Positions 37,259 to 47,767 of a DNA stretch of 64,000 nt are shown here, piece after piece; position 1 is the stretch's first letter, and each line of letters begins with the position of its first letter. The position numbers and the translations under genes were made by a program. The stretch lies in the sequence record DRR723986_6741. One strand, given 5' to 3'. Under the pieces are notes generated by a model. It was given only the letters and a program-made list of their open reading frames with translations, had not been told where the DNA came from and did not search any database.

Positions 37259-39704
37259 TCAACAACAAATCGTAGAAATCACCGCGGGATTGCTCTTCAA
37301 TGGAAATGATGACCTATTGATTTCTCAAATTGCAATAGATTCAAGACAGATTCTTCACCCCGAAAAAACGCTATTTGTAGCGCTCAGGGGGGCAAAAGCT
37401 GACGGAGCTGATTTTATTCCGCAATTAGCTGAGTTAGGAGTAAGGACATTTTTGGTTCATCAAGATTTTGAAGAGAAAGGCTACCTGGATATTTGCCTAA
37501 TCAAAGTTTCCGATACCCGAAGAGCCTTGCAGCTTTTAGCCAAATTCGAAAGATCTCTATTTACAAACCCTGTGGTCAGTATTGTTGGCAGCAATGGAAA
37601 AACAATAGTTAAGGAATGGCTAGGCCAGATTTTAGGACAAAAGTACGCTGTAGCCAAAAGCCCAAAAAGTTATAATTCTCAGGTTGGTGTTCCTCTTTCG
37701 ATTTTCGGAATCGAGTCCTATCATCAGGTTGCAATTTTGGAAGCAGGGATTTCCAAGGCCGGAGAAATGGCAGCGTTGGAAGAAATGATCAAACCGAATT
37801 TGGGCATTTTTACAAACCTTGGTACTGCACATCAGGAAGGGTTTGAAAGTTTAGAATCTAAGCTTAAGGAGAAGCTTTCTATTTTTGAAGATTCGAATCT
37901 CTTGATTTACTGTGCTGATCAAAAACTCGTTTCTGATCAAATAGAGGGCTTATTTCCTGCTGAAAAGCTTATAGGTTGGTCTGACAGAGCTGGCTATGAA
38001 TTTACCAGATCGGTGAAATTGAAGGGGAATGGCGCTCGTCTGATTTTGATGAAATCAGACCTGAGTACACATACATTTCAGGTGCCCTTTTCTGATATGG
38101 CTTCACTCGAAAATATCACCCATGTCATCATAGCCGCGATGACTTTGGGGCAAAGCCCAGAATCTATCCAGGAAGGCATATCCCACCTGAAATCGGTAGA
38201 TATGCGACTTACGCTAAAGCCAGGAATAAACGATTCACTCCTGATTGATGATACCTATAACAATGATCTGGCCGGATTGAAAGTGGCGCTGGACTTTATG
38301 CAACAGCAGCGTCCAAAACGTCGCAAAATACTGATCTTGTCGGATTTGCTTCAGCAAGGTTCTCCTGAGAAAATTTATGAAGAAGTCACCGAGCTGATAA
38401 GAAAATATCAATTCGATCAGATATTTGGAGTTGGTAAAGAGATATTCTTATTGGAAAGGGAGTTCCCAGAATTTTTCAAGGGATTTACTTCTACGGGAGA
38501 GCTTCTGTCTAGTCTTGACCCTGAGGCTTTTGCGAATGATATGATATTGATCACAGGTGCAAGGGTTTTTGGATTTGAAGAAGTAGTCAATCGACTTCAG
38601 CAGAGAATCCACGGGACTACATTAGAGATCAATCTGAATGCGCTGACTCATAATTATAATTTTTATAAAAAGCTTCTTTCCCCAAAGACCAAAGTTATGG
38701 TAATGGTAAAAGCTTTTGCATACGGAGGTGGAGCTGTAGAAATCGCCAATCAAATTCAGACCATGGGGGCGGACTACTTAGGTGTGGCTTTTTCTGACGA
38801 AGGCGTCGCTTTGCGTAAGCAGGGTATCAAGCTGCCAATAATGGTGCTTAATACTATGGAGGAATCGTTTGAGCTTTGTAGTGAGTTTGATTTGGAACCG
38901 GTAGTTTTTAGTCCTGAGTTTTTTGAGAGTTTGGCGTCTTGGTGTACCATTCATCATAGGACCATGCGTATTCACCTCGACATAGATACGGGAATGCATC
39001 GATTGGGTTTTGAGAGAAAGCAGCTGGATGGATTGAAGGATTTAATTCAGGCAAATCCGCAATTGGAGATTGCTTCTGTTTATACTCATTTGGTTGGGGC
39101 GGATGAAGAGATTCATCAGGAGTTTTCTTTATCTCAATTGAAGGCTTTTGAAGAGATGAAAAATGATATTCTGCAAGTGATCACTTACAAACCGCTCATT
39201 CATGCTCTCAATTCAGCTGGAATCGTTGCGTTTCCAGACTTTCAATTCGATATGGTAAGGTTGGGAATCGGCCTTTATGGAGTTGAAGTGACAGGAAAAC
39301 ATGCGTTATCCTTGCGTCCAATCAGTACCTTAAAAACTACAATTTCTCAAATAAAAACTCTTGAACCAGGAGAAACAATTGGGTATTCGAGAAAAGGCAT
39401 CCTAATCTCTGGAGGTAAAATAGCTACCCTTGCGCTTGGGTATGCAGATGGGTATGATCGGCGGTTTAGCAATGGTAAAGGCTATGTGTTAATCAATGGA
39501 AAAAAAGCTCCTGTGATCGGGAATGTCTGTATGGACATGTGCATGGTGGATGTGAGCGGAATGGACGTGAAAGCTGGTGATGAGGCAATTGTATACGGAG
39601 AGAAAATTTCGTTGAAAGAGCTTGCGGATCAGATCGGTACGATCCCATATGAACTTCTGACTAATATTAGTACCCGAGTGAAGCGCATTTATTACCTAGA
39701 CTAG
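37242..39704 (+). CDS. Bifunctional MurF ligase/alanine racemase
   Basis: DSR, GSNGKT, SYNSQVGVP, DDTYN; MVKAFAYG, DTGMHRLG, GYADG, CMDM, TIPYE. Confidence 0.93.
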   Translation: MFQEVSQQQIVEITAGLLFNGNDDLLISQIAIDSRQILHPEKTLFVALRGAKADGADFIPQLAELGVRTFLVHQDFEEKGYLDICLIKVSDTRRALQLLAKFERSLFTNPVVSIVGSNGKTIVKEWLGQILGQKYAVAKSPKSYNSQVGVPLSIFGIESYHQVAILEAGISKAGEMAALEEMIKPNLGIFTNLGTAHQEGFESLESKLKEKLSIFEDSNLLIYCADQKLVSDQIEGLFPAEKLIGWSDRAGYEFTRSVKLKGNGARLILMKSDLSTHTFQVPFSDMASLENITHVIIAAMTLGQSPESIQEGISHLKSVDMRLTLKPGINDSLLIDDTYNNDLAGLKVALDFMQQQRPKRRKILILSDLLQQGSPEKIYEEVTELIRKYQFDQIFGVGKEIFLLEREFPEFFKGFTSTGELLSSLDPEAFANDMILITGARVFGFEEVVNRLQQRIHGTTLEINLNALTHNYNFYKKLLSPKTKVMVMVKAFAYGGGAVEIANQIQTMGADYLGVAFSDEGVALRKQGIKLPIMVLNTMEESFELCSEFDLEPVVFSPEFFESLASWCTIHHRTMRIHLDIDTGMHRLGFERKQLDGLKDLIQANPQLEIASVYTHLVGADEEIHQEFSLSQLKAFEEMKNDILQVITYKPLIHALNSAGIVAFPDFQFDMVRLGIGLYGVEVTGKHALSLRPISTLKTTISQIKTLEPGETIGYSRKGILISGGKIATLALGYADGYDRRFSNGKGYVLINGKKAPVIGNVCMDMCMVDVSGMDVKAGDEAIVYGEKISLKELADQIGTIPYELLTNISTRVKRIYYLD

Positions 39705-39741
39705 GGTTGGTTTTGGCTTATAAATTTTTCTAAATTCCCCT

Positions 39742-40554
39742 ATGAAACTCACCAAAAAACGCCTTGCTCATATTGTATTTGAGTCTGATGATTGGGCTTC
39801 GAAGACCTTCGATATTGTACTCTTATTTATGATTTTCGGAAGTATTTTCGTGGCAATTTTAGATTCGGTCGGAAGCCTACGAGCTAGATTCGGAGAGGTC
39901 TTTTTGATTTTGGAATGGGTCTTTACCATTCTATTTACCATTGAATACTTTCTTAGAGTTTGGCTATCGCGCAAGCCTAGCGGGTATATTTTTAGCTTTT
40001 TTGGAGTGGTTGATTTGCTAGCCATTTTGCCTTCTTACCTCAGTTTCTTTGTGCTCAATTCCCAACTTTTCACGGTAGTAAGAGCATTGCGTCTGTTGAG
40101 GGTGATACGGATCCTGAAACTTGGCCGCTACGTCGCCGAGGCGGAGTATTTAACTAAATCTCTGAAATCGAGTTCTCACAAAATACTGATTTTCATAGGT
40201 TTTGTGGTGACAATTGTACTGATCATGGGCACGTTCATGTTTATTATCGAAGGGCCACAGCACGGCTTTACTAGTATACCAATCGGAATGTATTGGGCGA
40301 TAGTGACTTTGACAACGGTGGGTTTTGGAGATATTTATCCCGTGACTCCTCTCGGACAGTTAGTTTCGTCGCTAATTATGCTGTTGGGTTATGCAATAAT
40401 TGCTGTGCCTACGGGGATTGTTTCATCAGAAATGGCGGCACAGAAAAGGAAGGACGAGAAACTGTTAGAAAATAACAGATGCCCAAAATGCAGATTTAGC
40501 CCAATTCATGCAGCAGATAACTACTGCAAAAATTGTGGAGAAAAGCTATTTTAA
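39742..40554 (+). CDS. Voltage-gated K+ channel-like ion transporter with C-terminal zinc ribbon
   Basis: S4 RALRLLRVIRILK, filter TTVGFGD, CPKC...CKNCG. Confidence 0.88.
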   Translation: MKLTKKRLAHIVFESDDWASKTFDIVLLFMIFGSIFVAILDSVGSLRARFGEVFLILEWVFTILFTIEYFLRVWLSRKPSGYIFSFFGVVDLLAILPSYLSFFVLNSQLFTVVRALRLLRVIRILKLGRYVAEAEYLTKSLKSSSHKILIFIGFVVTIVLIMGTFMFIIEGPQHGFTSIPIGMYWAIVTLTTVGFGDIYPVTPLGQLVSSLIMLLGYAIIAVPTGIVSSEMAAQKRKDEKLLENNRCPKCRFSPIHAADNYCKNCGEKLF

Positions 40555-41240
40555 TCTCCGAGCTTTAGAAAATCTTGTATGTTTTTTATTTTCCCAAAAA
40601 GCAGCAACACATCCTCATTTTCGAATTTGTATTCTGGTGTTACTACTCCGATCACGTTTTTGTATGGCGTATTAATTCCTAAAAGATTTTTTCGCTGCTC
40701 TATTTTAATAATCGTAAGGATATTGAGGTAAAATTCTTTTCTGATGTCTGCTTCTGCTACAGTCATTCCCACATATCGGCTAGGCACTTTTACCTCTACG
40801 ATGTTATATTCATCAGAGATCTCCAAGGAATCCAGGACGCCTTTCATCTCTAGGCGTTTCGACAGACGATCGGCAGTTTCTTCTTCGGGATGGATGATTT
40901 CATCTACGCCGATGGCCTGAATTACTGTTTCATGAAGTTGGTTGATAGCTCGCGCGATGATACGATTGGACTTTAATTGTTTAAAAATAGCCGTGCTCAT
41001 GATAGAAGCCCCGATATCCTCCCCGATCGCTATGATGACGACATCAGTGTCTTTTAAGGGGAGGTTTTTTACGGCTGCCTGATCTGTGGCGTCCATTACG
41101 ATAGAGTGCGTGATGCTATCTTTGATCAACTCTATCCGACTTTCACTAGAATCCACGCCAATCACTTCGTGACCTAGATTAGTCAAGCGCTTGGCTAGAT
41201 AGCCTCCGAAATTTCCAATTCCTACTATTATATATTTCAT
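40551..41240 (-). CDS. TrkA/KtrA family potassium uptake RCK subunit
   Basis: GIGNFG, MDATD, IIARA, IIHPEEE. Confidence 0.9.
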   Translation of the reverse strand: MKYIIVGIGNFGGYLAKRLTNLGHEVIGVDSSESRIELIKDSITHSIVMDATDQAAVKNLPLKDTDVVIIAIGEDIGASIMSTAIFKQLKSNRIIARAINQLHETVIQAIGVDEIIHPEEETADRLSKRLEMKGVLDSLEISDEYNIVEVKVPSRYVGMTVAEADIRKEFYLNILTIIKIEQRKNLLGINTPYKNVIGVVTPEYKFENEDVLLLFGKIKNIQDFLKLGD

Positions 41241-41250
41241 GTCTTCTCGA

Positions 41251-43065
41251 TTACGTTATATAAACGGTTTCCTCAGGGTATTTGTACCGTTGTTCTCCTA
41301 TCCTACGAACGATTGCAATTAAAATCGTGAGTGTTCCCACCCTTCCGATAAGCATTATTACCATCAATACTAATTTACTTCCTAAACTTAATTGTGAGGT
41401 AATGCCTAGCGTGAGTCCTACTGTTGAAAATGCGCTAAAAACTTCGAAAGCAACATCAATCATGGGGAGCTCGGGATCAAAAACCATCAGGAGGAAAACT
41501 CCTAAACCCATGACCAACACCGATAGGGAAATCACCGCAAATGCTTTCTTCAGTGTCTCATTTGAAATCTGCCGTCTGAATACCTCTACTCTTGTTTTGC
41601 CAGAAGCTATGCTAAATGTGTTAAGCATAGCTACCGCAAATGTGCTTGTTTTTAACCCTCCTCCTGTAGATCCAGGCGAAGCGCCGATCCACATTAGAAA
41701 AAGGTAAACCAGAACGGTGGGAACAGCTAATTCCCGCATGTCCACCGTATTGAACCCCGCAGTTCTTGGGGTCACTGCCCCAAAAACTGTAGTTACAAAT
41801 TTACCATAGGGACTCAGTCCTTTTAGGGTATGCCCTTGCTCTGATATTGCATAGACGACCATACCGATTACCAGGAGAATGCCGGTAGTATATACTACCA
41901 ATCGTGTGTTGACGCTGGATACTCTTGGGGTATGTCGGTATTTTTCTATCCCGAGGATACTTTTCACATAGCCTACTACTAGGTGCTTTACATAAGAATA
42001 ATAATTTAGCACTACAGGAAAACCTATTCCACCAAGTACAATCGCTAGTGCAATCGCCAAATGCATATTATACGCTTCTCGGAAACCTTCCTCATAGAGC
42101 CCGTTGCTTAGCGTAGAAAACCCTGCATTGCAAAAAGCTGAGATCGCGTGGAAAAGCGAAAAGAATAGCTGATCTCCACGGCCTGAAAATTGTGCAGAGT
42201 CGGTAAAATGATAGATCAAAAAGGCGCAGAATCCTTCCACCAAAACGGTAAAGGAAATGATCTTAAATAGGGTTGTATAAATCTCATTTACATTGTTCTC
42301 ATTGATGTAATCACGTATGAAAAGTCTGTTTTCTATGGAATAACTACCCTTAAAAAAGAAGCCAAAGAAACTCGTGAATACCATGATTCCAAGTCCACCA
42401 ATTTGAAACAAAATCATAATTACTACCTGGCCAAAAAACGTGAAATCCTTGGCAGTATCCAGTACGATCAGGCCCGTGACACATACAGCAGAAGTCGCCG
42501 TGAACAAGGCGTCTATGAAGCTTATATCCCTAGTAGTAGCTTCAGGAAGGCTTAGCAGGCCCGTTCCCACGAAGATGAGCAGAATGAAAGAGAGTATAAA
42601 AACTAATGAAGGGCTGAGTTTTAGTTCATTTATGGTGAGACTAAATTTGCTGAGCTCTATGAAAAATAAGACGATAACCAGACCATTAATGAGATGGTAA
42701 TGTGCTGTGAAATCCAAAACCAATTGAGTTATTTCATCTCCTAGCACATTCCAGCGGACTAATGAAGTAAGAATCATTAAAAGCGAAAGAAGTAACTCAA
42801 GGATTACACGTGCAGGAAAAATTGATTTTTCTACCAATAAAACTCTAAGAAGATAACCAACTCCTATGAGGATTAGGGAGATGTTGAAGAGCTCAGAAGC
42901 AGTGACCTCATTTTGAGGGTCTGTAGAATACCCAAAATGAAATAGCAAGAGACCAAAGGCAAACATGCTACTGATCTGAACGACTTTTTCCTGCACCTTA
43001 ATCACCTTATTGAGAAAGATGATATTGCGATCAGGGTTAGAAAAAATTTTCAGCTTGAACTTCAT
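41251..43065 (-). CDS. TrkH/KtrB family potassium uptake membrane protein
   Basis: SAVCVTGL, SAFCNAGF, RTAGF, STGGGLK, SAFSTVGL. Confidence 0.92.
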   Translation of the reverse strand: MKFKLKIFSNPDRNIIFLNKVIKVQEKVVQISSMFAFGLLLFHFGYSTDPQNEVTASELFNISLILIGVGYLLRVLLVEKSIFPARVILELLLSLLMILTSLVRWNVLGDEITQLVLDFTAHYHLINGLVIVLFFIELSKFSLTINELKLSPSLVFILSFILLIFVGTGLLSLPEATTRDISFIDALFTATSAVCVTGLIVLDTAKDFTFFGQVVIMILFQIGGLGIMVFTSFFGFFFKGSYSIENRLFIRDYINENNVNEIYTTLFKIISFTVLVEGFCAFLIYHFTDSAQFSGRGDQLFFSLFHAISAFCNAGFSTLSNGLYEEGFREAYNMHLAIALAIVLGGIGFPVVLNYYSYVKHLVVGYVKSILGIEKYRHTPRVSSVNTRLVVYTTGILLVIGMVVYAISEQGHTLKGLSPYGKFVTTVFGAVTPRTAGFNTVDMRELAVPTVLVYLFLMWIGASPGSTGGGLKTSTFAVAMLNTFSIASGKTRVEVFRRQISNETLKKAFAVISLSVLVMGLGVFLLMVFDPELPMIDVAFEVFSAFSTVGLTLGITSQLSLGSKLVLMVIMLIGRVGTLTILIAIVRRIGEQRYKYPEETVYIT

Positions 43066-43092
43066 GGGTTAGCAATAGACTTTAAAGGAATA

Positions 43093-44385
43093 TCAATCGT
43101 TCTCTTGGGACTTTTTTCTGGAAAAGTTAAAAATCCCTTCTGCAGGATACAAATGGAATTTCTTATCCAGATTTTGTGATGAATAGATACTCGATTTGCC
43201 ACTGAAAAGGTAGGCTATCAAACAAGCAATTCCCAAATATATCCCTGTTTCATATCCAAATAACTCCATTCCCATTACTGTACATGCCAATGGGGTGTTG
43301 GTGGCTCCCGAGAAAACACCGACAAAACCCATACCTGCCATCAAGGCCAAGGGAAGTGGAATCCAAGTAGCAAGGGCATTACCCAGGGTAGCTCCTGTGA
43401 AGAACAGTGGTGTTACTTCTCCACCTTTGAAGCCAGCACCCAAAGTAAAGCTGGTCAGGCCAGTTTTCGCCAACCAATCGTACCAAGGTAATGGAGTCTC
43501 GAAAGCTTCTACTATCCTGGGGATACCTAGTCCGATGTAGGTCGTACTGTCCGAAATGTATACAATTCCCGCGATCACCAGTCCGCCTATGACCGGGCGA
43601 AGCGGTGGGTAGGAGATGTGTTTAGAAAATAGATGAGAAAAAAAATGATTGCTTTGGGCAAATAATCTCCCGGATAACCCAAAGGCAATTCCAGCTGGAA
43701 TGATCCAGAGTAGGTTCATCAAAGTATGCGGCGGCACCAGATCCACCAAATAATGCGTATGTGCAACTCCGAAAAGTGAGCTACAAACCCAATTTGCCAC
43801 AAATGCCGTCAAAAAAGCAGGAAAGAGCGATTTCCATCTGATTTTCCGATGAAGCATCCATTCCAACGCAAATATTGCTCCAGCCAGCGGTGTCCCAAAA
43901 ACAGAGGCAAATCCACCTGAAACTCCAGCTATTAATATGATTCTTCGATCTGCTGGATCAACTTTAAAATAGTTAGTGAGTTGGTCTGCAAGTGACCCTC
44001 CCATTTGCACGGCAGTACCTTCTCGTCCAGCCGAACCACCAAATAAATGTGTCAAAACTGTCCCTAAAAGGACCAAAGGAGTCATTCTAAGTGGAATGGG
44101 CTTTTCGGATTTGTAGAGTTCATCGAGTAAAAGGTTATTTCCTTTTACAGAATTTTCCCCTAATCGGTAATAACTCCAGCCTATCACAAATCCTGCAATT
44201 GGCAGAAATCCAATGATCCAGAGATGAGATTCCCGATAATCAGTTGCCCAATTCAGGGCAATCAGAAAAATAGCTGAGGCAGACCCTGAAAGTAAGCCGA
44301 TTAGCAGACTCAAAACGATCCAGAGTAGTACGTACCGAAAAATAGATGTACTGTGCAAACTAGTTTTTTCAATTAGTTGGGCCAA
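43093..44385 (-). CDS. CLC-F type F-/H+ antiporter (voltage-gated chloride channel family)
   Basis: GNNLL, GREGT and GEVTP signatures of the CLC-F clade. Confidence 0.85.
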   Translation of the reverse strand: MAQLIEKTSLHSTSIFRYVLLWIVLSLLIGLLSGSASAIFLIALNWATDYRESHLWIIGFLPIAGFVIGWSYYRLGENSVKGNNLLLDELYKSEKPIPLRMTPLVLLGTVLTHLFGGSAGREGTAVQMGGSLADQLTNYFKVDPADRRIILIAGVSGGFASVFGTPLAGAIFALEWMLHRKIRWKSLFPAFLTAFVANWVCSSLFGVAHTHYLVDLVPPHTLMNLLWIIPAGIAFGLSGRLFAQSNHFFSHLFSKHISYPPLRPVIGGLVIAGIVYISDSTTYIGLGIPRIVEAFETPLPWYDWLAKTGLTSFTLGAGFKGGEVTPLFFTGATLGNALATWIPLPLALMAGMGFVGVFSGATNTPLACTVMGMELFGYETGIYLGIACLIAYLFSGKSSIYSSQNLDKKFHLYPAEGIFNFSRKKSQEND

Positions 44386-44492
44386 ATTAGGAATAGATAT
44401 TGAATTTAAAGAAGCGTACTTAGTCTTATATTATCAGATAAGATTAACATATTGGATTGATATAGGGTTATCTTAAATTAAATTACCCATAG

Positions 44493-45389
44493 ATGAAAAA
44501 TATTCTTATTTCCGGAGGTTCAGGTCTTATTGGCCAAAAAATCACACAGCTACTGGAACTGAAAGGATATTCAGTGGCCTGGCTTAGTAGATCTAAACAA
44601 CAGCAAAAGTCATTTTTATGGGATGTGGAAAAGCAAACTATAGATGCAGAGGCCGTAGAATGGGCAGATGCTATCATTCATTTAGCCGGGGCAGGTGTGG
44701 CGGAGAAACGCTGGACTGAAGAGCGCAAAAAGATCATTTTAGATTCACGAATTGATAGTACTCGATTGCTTTATACAGCAGTAGAGAATGCCGCTGAGAA
44801 GCCAAATACGTTTATTTCAGCTTCTGCTGTTGGTTTTTACGGTTTCGATACCGGAACAACTTTAATGGATGAAACGTATGAGTCAGGATCAGATTTTTTA
44901 GCTCAAGTGGTCGTCTCTTGGGAAAATGAGGTGAAGAAAATGGAAGAATTGCATCTTCGGACAGTAATGCTGAGAATAGGCATTGTGCTGGATGCAAATG
45001 CCGGAGCGCTTGGAGAAATGATGAAGCCACCTATTGCTGCACCACTTGGAAAAGGAGATCAGTGGATGAGCTGGATAAGTATAGAGGATTTGGCAAGGAT
45101 GTTTGTCTTTGCATTGGAAAAGACTACGCTTCAAGGTGTTTTTAATGCAGTTGCACCAAATCCTGCTACCAATCAGCAATTAACCCAGGCAGCAGCTAAA
45201 GCAAAGGGTAAACCTTATGTTGGAATTGGAGTACCCGGTTTCGTACTAAAGTTAGTTTTAGGGGAAATGGCCGCGATGGTTCTTGGCGGAAATCGAGTTT
45301 CTTCTCAAAAAATCCAGAAGGCTGGGTTTGACTTTGAATGTCCAGATTTGACCCCTGCGCTAAAGCACATTTATAGTTATTGGGTGTAA
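44493..45389 (+). CDS. TIGR01777 (YfcH-like) NAD-dependent epimerase family protein
   Basis: SGGSGLIG, HLAGAGV, SASAVGFYG, WMSWI. Confidence 0.9.
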   Translation: MKNILISGGSGLIGQKITQLLELKGYSVAWLSRSKQQQKSFLWDVEKQTIDAEAVEWADAIIHLAGAGVAEKRWTEERKKIILDSRIDSTRLLYTAVENAAEKPNTFISASAVGFYGFDTGTTLMDETYESGSDFLAQVVVSWENEVKKMEELHLRTVMLRIGIVLDANAGALGEMMKPPIAAPLGKGDQWMSWISIEDLARMFVFALEKTTLQGVFNAVAPNPATNQQLTQAAAKAKGKPYVGIGVPGFVLKLVLGEMAAMVLGGNRVSSQKIQKAGFDFECPDLTPALKHIYSYWV

Positions 45390-45410
45390 TGGCTTTTCCT
45401 ATTGGTAGAA

Positions 45411-47441
45411 TTAGGAAGTAGCTTTTTTTCCTTGAAGTAATTCTAAGATTTGCTCTTTGATAACAAGGTGTAGTCCCAGGCTGTCTTTGGAAACTCCATC
45501 TACAAGCTTGTAAGTATAAATGGCTTCGTCATTGACTACTCTCACATCAAAGCACTTGAAGAAAATGTTCTTTTGTTTTTCCAATTCCTGGGCAATCTCC
45601 ATGATGTGCGAAGAAATAATGTAGACACTTCCAGGCTGCTGGGCGATAGCAGAAATTATCATAGAAGAAGCAGTGGAGGCATCTTTTACATTGGTGCCAC
45701 GAAATAGCTCATCGAAAATGACGACTAGATTTTTATCATTTTTGATCTCACGCGTTACTTCTTTTACTCGTTTTACTTCACTATAAAAATGACTTAGTCC
45801 ATGATTAATATTATCAGAGAGATTGATCGTAGTGAAAAGCCCGTCGAAAATACTCGTTTTCATTTTGACAGCAGGAACAGGGAATCCCAAATGAGCAAGA
45901 TAAATAGCCAAGCCGAAGGCCTTGAGGAAAGTAGATTTACCTGACATGTTTGCTCCAGTGAGAAAACACATATTTTCTTTAGCTGAAATAGTGAAATCAT
46001 TACCAACAGCTTTAGCCAGCTTTGGGTGAAACAGCCCTTCAATTTCTATTAGAGAACTCTGAGTTTTCTCAAATTCAGGAAAAGCGAATTTTAATTTTTT
46101 ACTTGTCTGAGCTACTGCGTTGTATGCATCAAATTCATAAAAGCGTTCGAGTAACCAAAGGAGCTGTTCCTTTCCCTTACTTCTCAACATAAAATCAAAC
46201 TCTGAAAAATGGAGGTAAAGCGGTTTTTGGCCATAGGAATCCATAAAGTCCCGCAAATTGCTGCTGTTGATTTGTTCTTGAATCTGATAAGCAAGATTGG
46301 ATAGATACCAATTAGGGTTCAGGTCTTGGATGGTAGCAGCCAGTTGTAATGCTTCTTTCAAAAATTCAAACACATGTTGCATCCCTGTTTCCTGGATGTA
46401 AAAATTGTTTGAGGTGCGATACTTGTTTTTCAGATAGATTGACAGCGAACTGTATTGGGAAGAATTCACTGCTATGCCAGACTCCAAGTAGACAGTAATA
46501 AAATCAAGTTGCTTTCTGTCAAGCCTCAGTAGGCCATCATTTTGCTGAAAGAATTTTATAGATTCCTGTCTATTTTGAAGGCGGATTTTGCTTTTCGTTG
46601 GATTGCCAAACAACTTTTCCAAGTAAGCTTTTCCACCTTTTGATTCTGGCTTTTCAAATAGAGAAAGTAAACTTTCCTCACCGTAGTTGATAGCTAGACC
46701 CAGATCTTTCGATGTCTGCTTGTCAATAAGAAAATGCTCATCATCAGCTTCTGCCTCTTTTTCGGATTTCTCAGGAGGCAGGTAATTGTATTCGATGAGT
46801 TGTTTTGTATCGACTATTGGCTTCAGCGCTCCGCCCATAAGCAGGAAGGTTTTGTTGCTAACATCCATCAGATTCAGGTAGTCGTGATCAGTAATGATGA
46901 TGCCTTTTTCTTTCTTATGTATATCAATGAGTGCTTTGATGTCCGCTCTGTAGAGTGGTTCTACTTGGGAAAAAGGTTCGTCAAGTAAGGCAAATGCCGT
47001 TGGAAGATTGAGAATCAGCAGTACTTGAAGGTATCGTTTTTCACCTCCAGAAAGTGCAGAGATCTTTTTATGTAGTATCGGCTTTATTCGAGTATTAGCA
47101 ATAACTGAATTTCTACTGTTTTCTTCATCAAAGTATGTTCGAATGACCGAGGAAACAGATAAGCCATTTGGCAATAAATTGCCTTGAGGTAGATAGGCTA
47201 TTTTATCTCCATCTGAAAATGCTTTATCCAGAAATTTACCGTTTATCCTAATGCTTTTACTTTCTGCATCAGTTGACCCAAAAATTATCTGAAGTAAAGT
47301 GGATTTGCCTGTTCCATTTCTACCTAAAATTCCAATTACTTCTCCTGTGGTGCATTTAAGATAGATATCAGTAAGTAAATGTTTATGGCCAAATGACTTG
47401 ATCAGACTATCTACTTCTAAGATGTGATGAGTCATAGGCAA
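45411..47441 (-). CDS. ABC ATPase fused to MutS-like ATPase domain
   Basis: GRNGTGKS/LSGGE/LLDEPF/ITDH, then TGANMSGKS/SHFYSEV/FDELFRGTN/SSH. Confidence 0.85.
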   Translation of the reverse strand: MPMTHHILEVDSLIKSFGHKHLLTDIYLKCTTGEVIGILGRNGTGKSTLLQIIFGSTDAESKSIRINGKFLDKAFSDGDKIAYLPQGNLLPNGLSVSSVIRTYFDEENSRNSVIANTRIKPILHKKISALSGGEKRYLQVLLILNLPTAFALLDEPFSQVEPLYRADIKALIDIHKKEKGIIITDHDYLNLMDVSNKTFLLMGGALKPIVDTKQLIEYNYLPPEKSEKEAEADDEHFLIDKQTSKDLGLAINYGEESLLSLFEKPESKGGKAYLEKLFGNPTKSKIRLQNRQESIKFFQQNDGLLRLDRKQLDFITVYLESGIAVNSSQYSSLSIYLKNKYRTSNNFYIQETGMQHVFEFLKEALQLAATIQDLNPNWYLSNLAYQIQEQINSSNLRDFMDSYGQKPLYLHFSEFDFMLRSKGKEQLLWLLERFYEFDAYNAVAQTSKKLKFAFPEFEKTQSSLIEIEGLFHPKLAKAVGNDFTISAKENMCFLTGANMSGKSTFLKAFGLAIYLAHLGFPVPAVKMKTSIFDGLFTTINLSDNINHGLSHFYSEVKRVKEVTREIKNDKNLVVIFDELFRGTNVKDASTASSMIISAIAQQPGSVYIISSHIMEIAQELEKQKNIFFKCFDVRVVNDEAIYTYKLVDGVSKDSLGLHLVIKEQILELLQGKKATS

Positions 47442-47723
47442 TTAAAAAATAAGAAAATAGGTGAGGGCAATGGCTGCATTTACCCCGAAAGTAAAGCCAA
47501 TCAATTTTAACTTTTCATGCCCTAAATTGAAATAGAAGAAATACTGATGCGCATACCTTACTTCAAATAAATATAGAGCGAGTAAGTAACCAATTGTCAA
47601 AAGTGGGAGAAAAAAGAAAACATCAAAACTGCCACCGTTTATGTAGGCTAGGAAAGCGATAAGTAATGAAAAAGGAATGTTGAAACTGCTGATTTGCTTG
47701 TAGTATAAAAAAAGACTTCTCAT
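47442..47723 (-). CDS. Small 3-TM membrane protein
   Basis: Hydrophobic ORF with a YFFYFNLG motif, abutting the ABC-MutS gene. Confidence 0.7.
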   Translation of the reverse strand: MRSLFLYYKQISSFNIPFSLLIAFLAYINGGSFDVFFFLPLLTIGYLLALYLFEVRYAHQYFFYFNLGHEKLKLIGFTFGVNAAIALTYFLIF

Positions 47724-47767
47724 GCTTTAGTGGCTCTAAAAGGCATACATCGAAAAGCATTTTGATT

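Noticed and set aside
37242-39704. MurF-Alr fusion as a novelty
   Set aside because: A well-known architecture in Bacteroidota.
44386-44492. Expected fluoride riboswitch upstream of the CLC-F gene
   Set aside because: The minus-strand leader is AT-rich and lacks the GGNGATGG...TGATG pseudoknot core.
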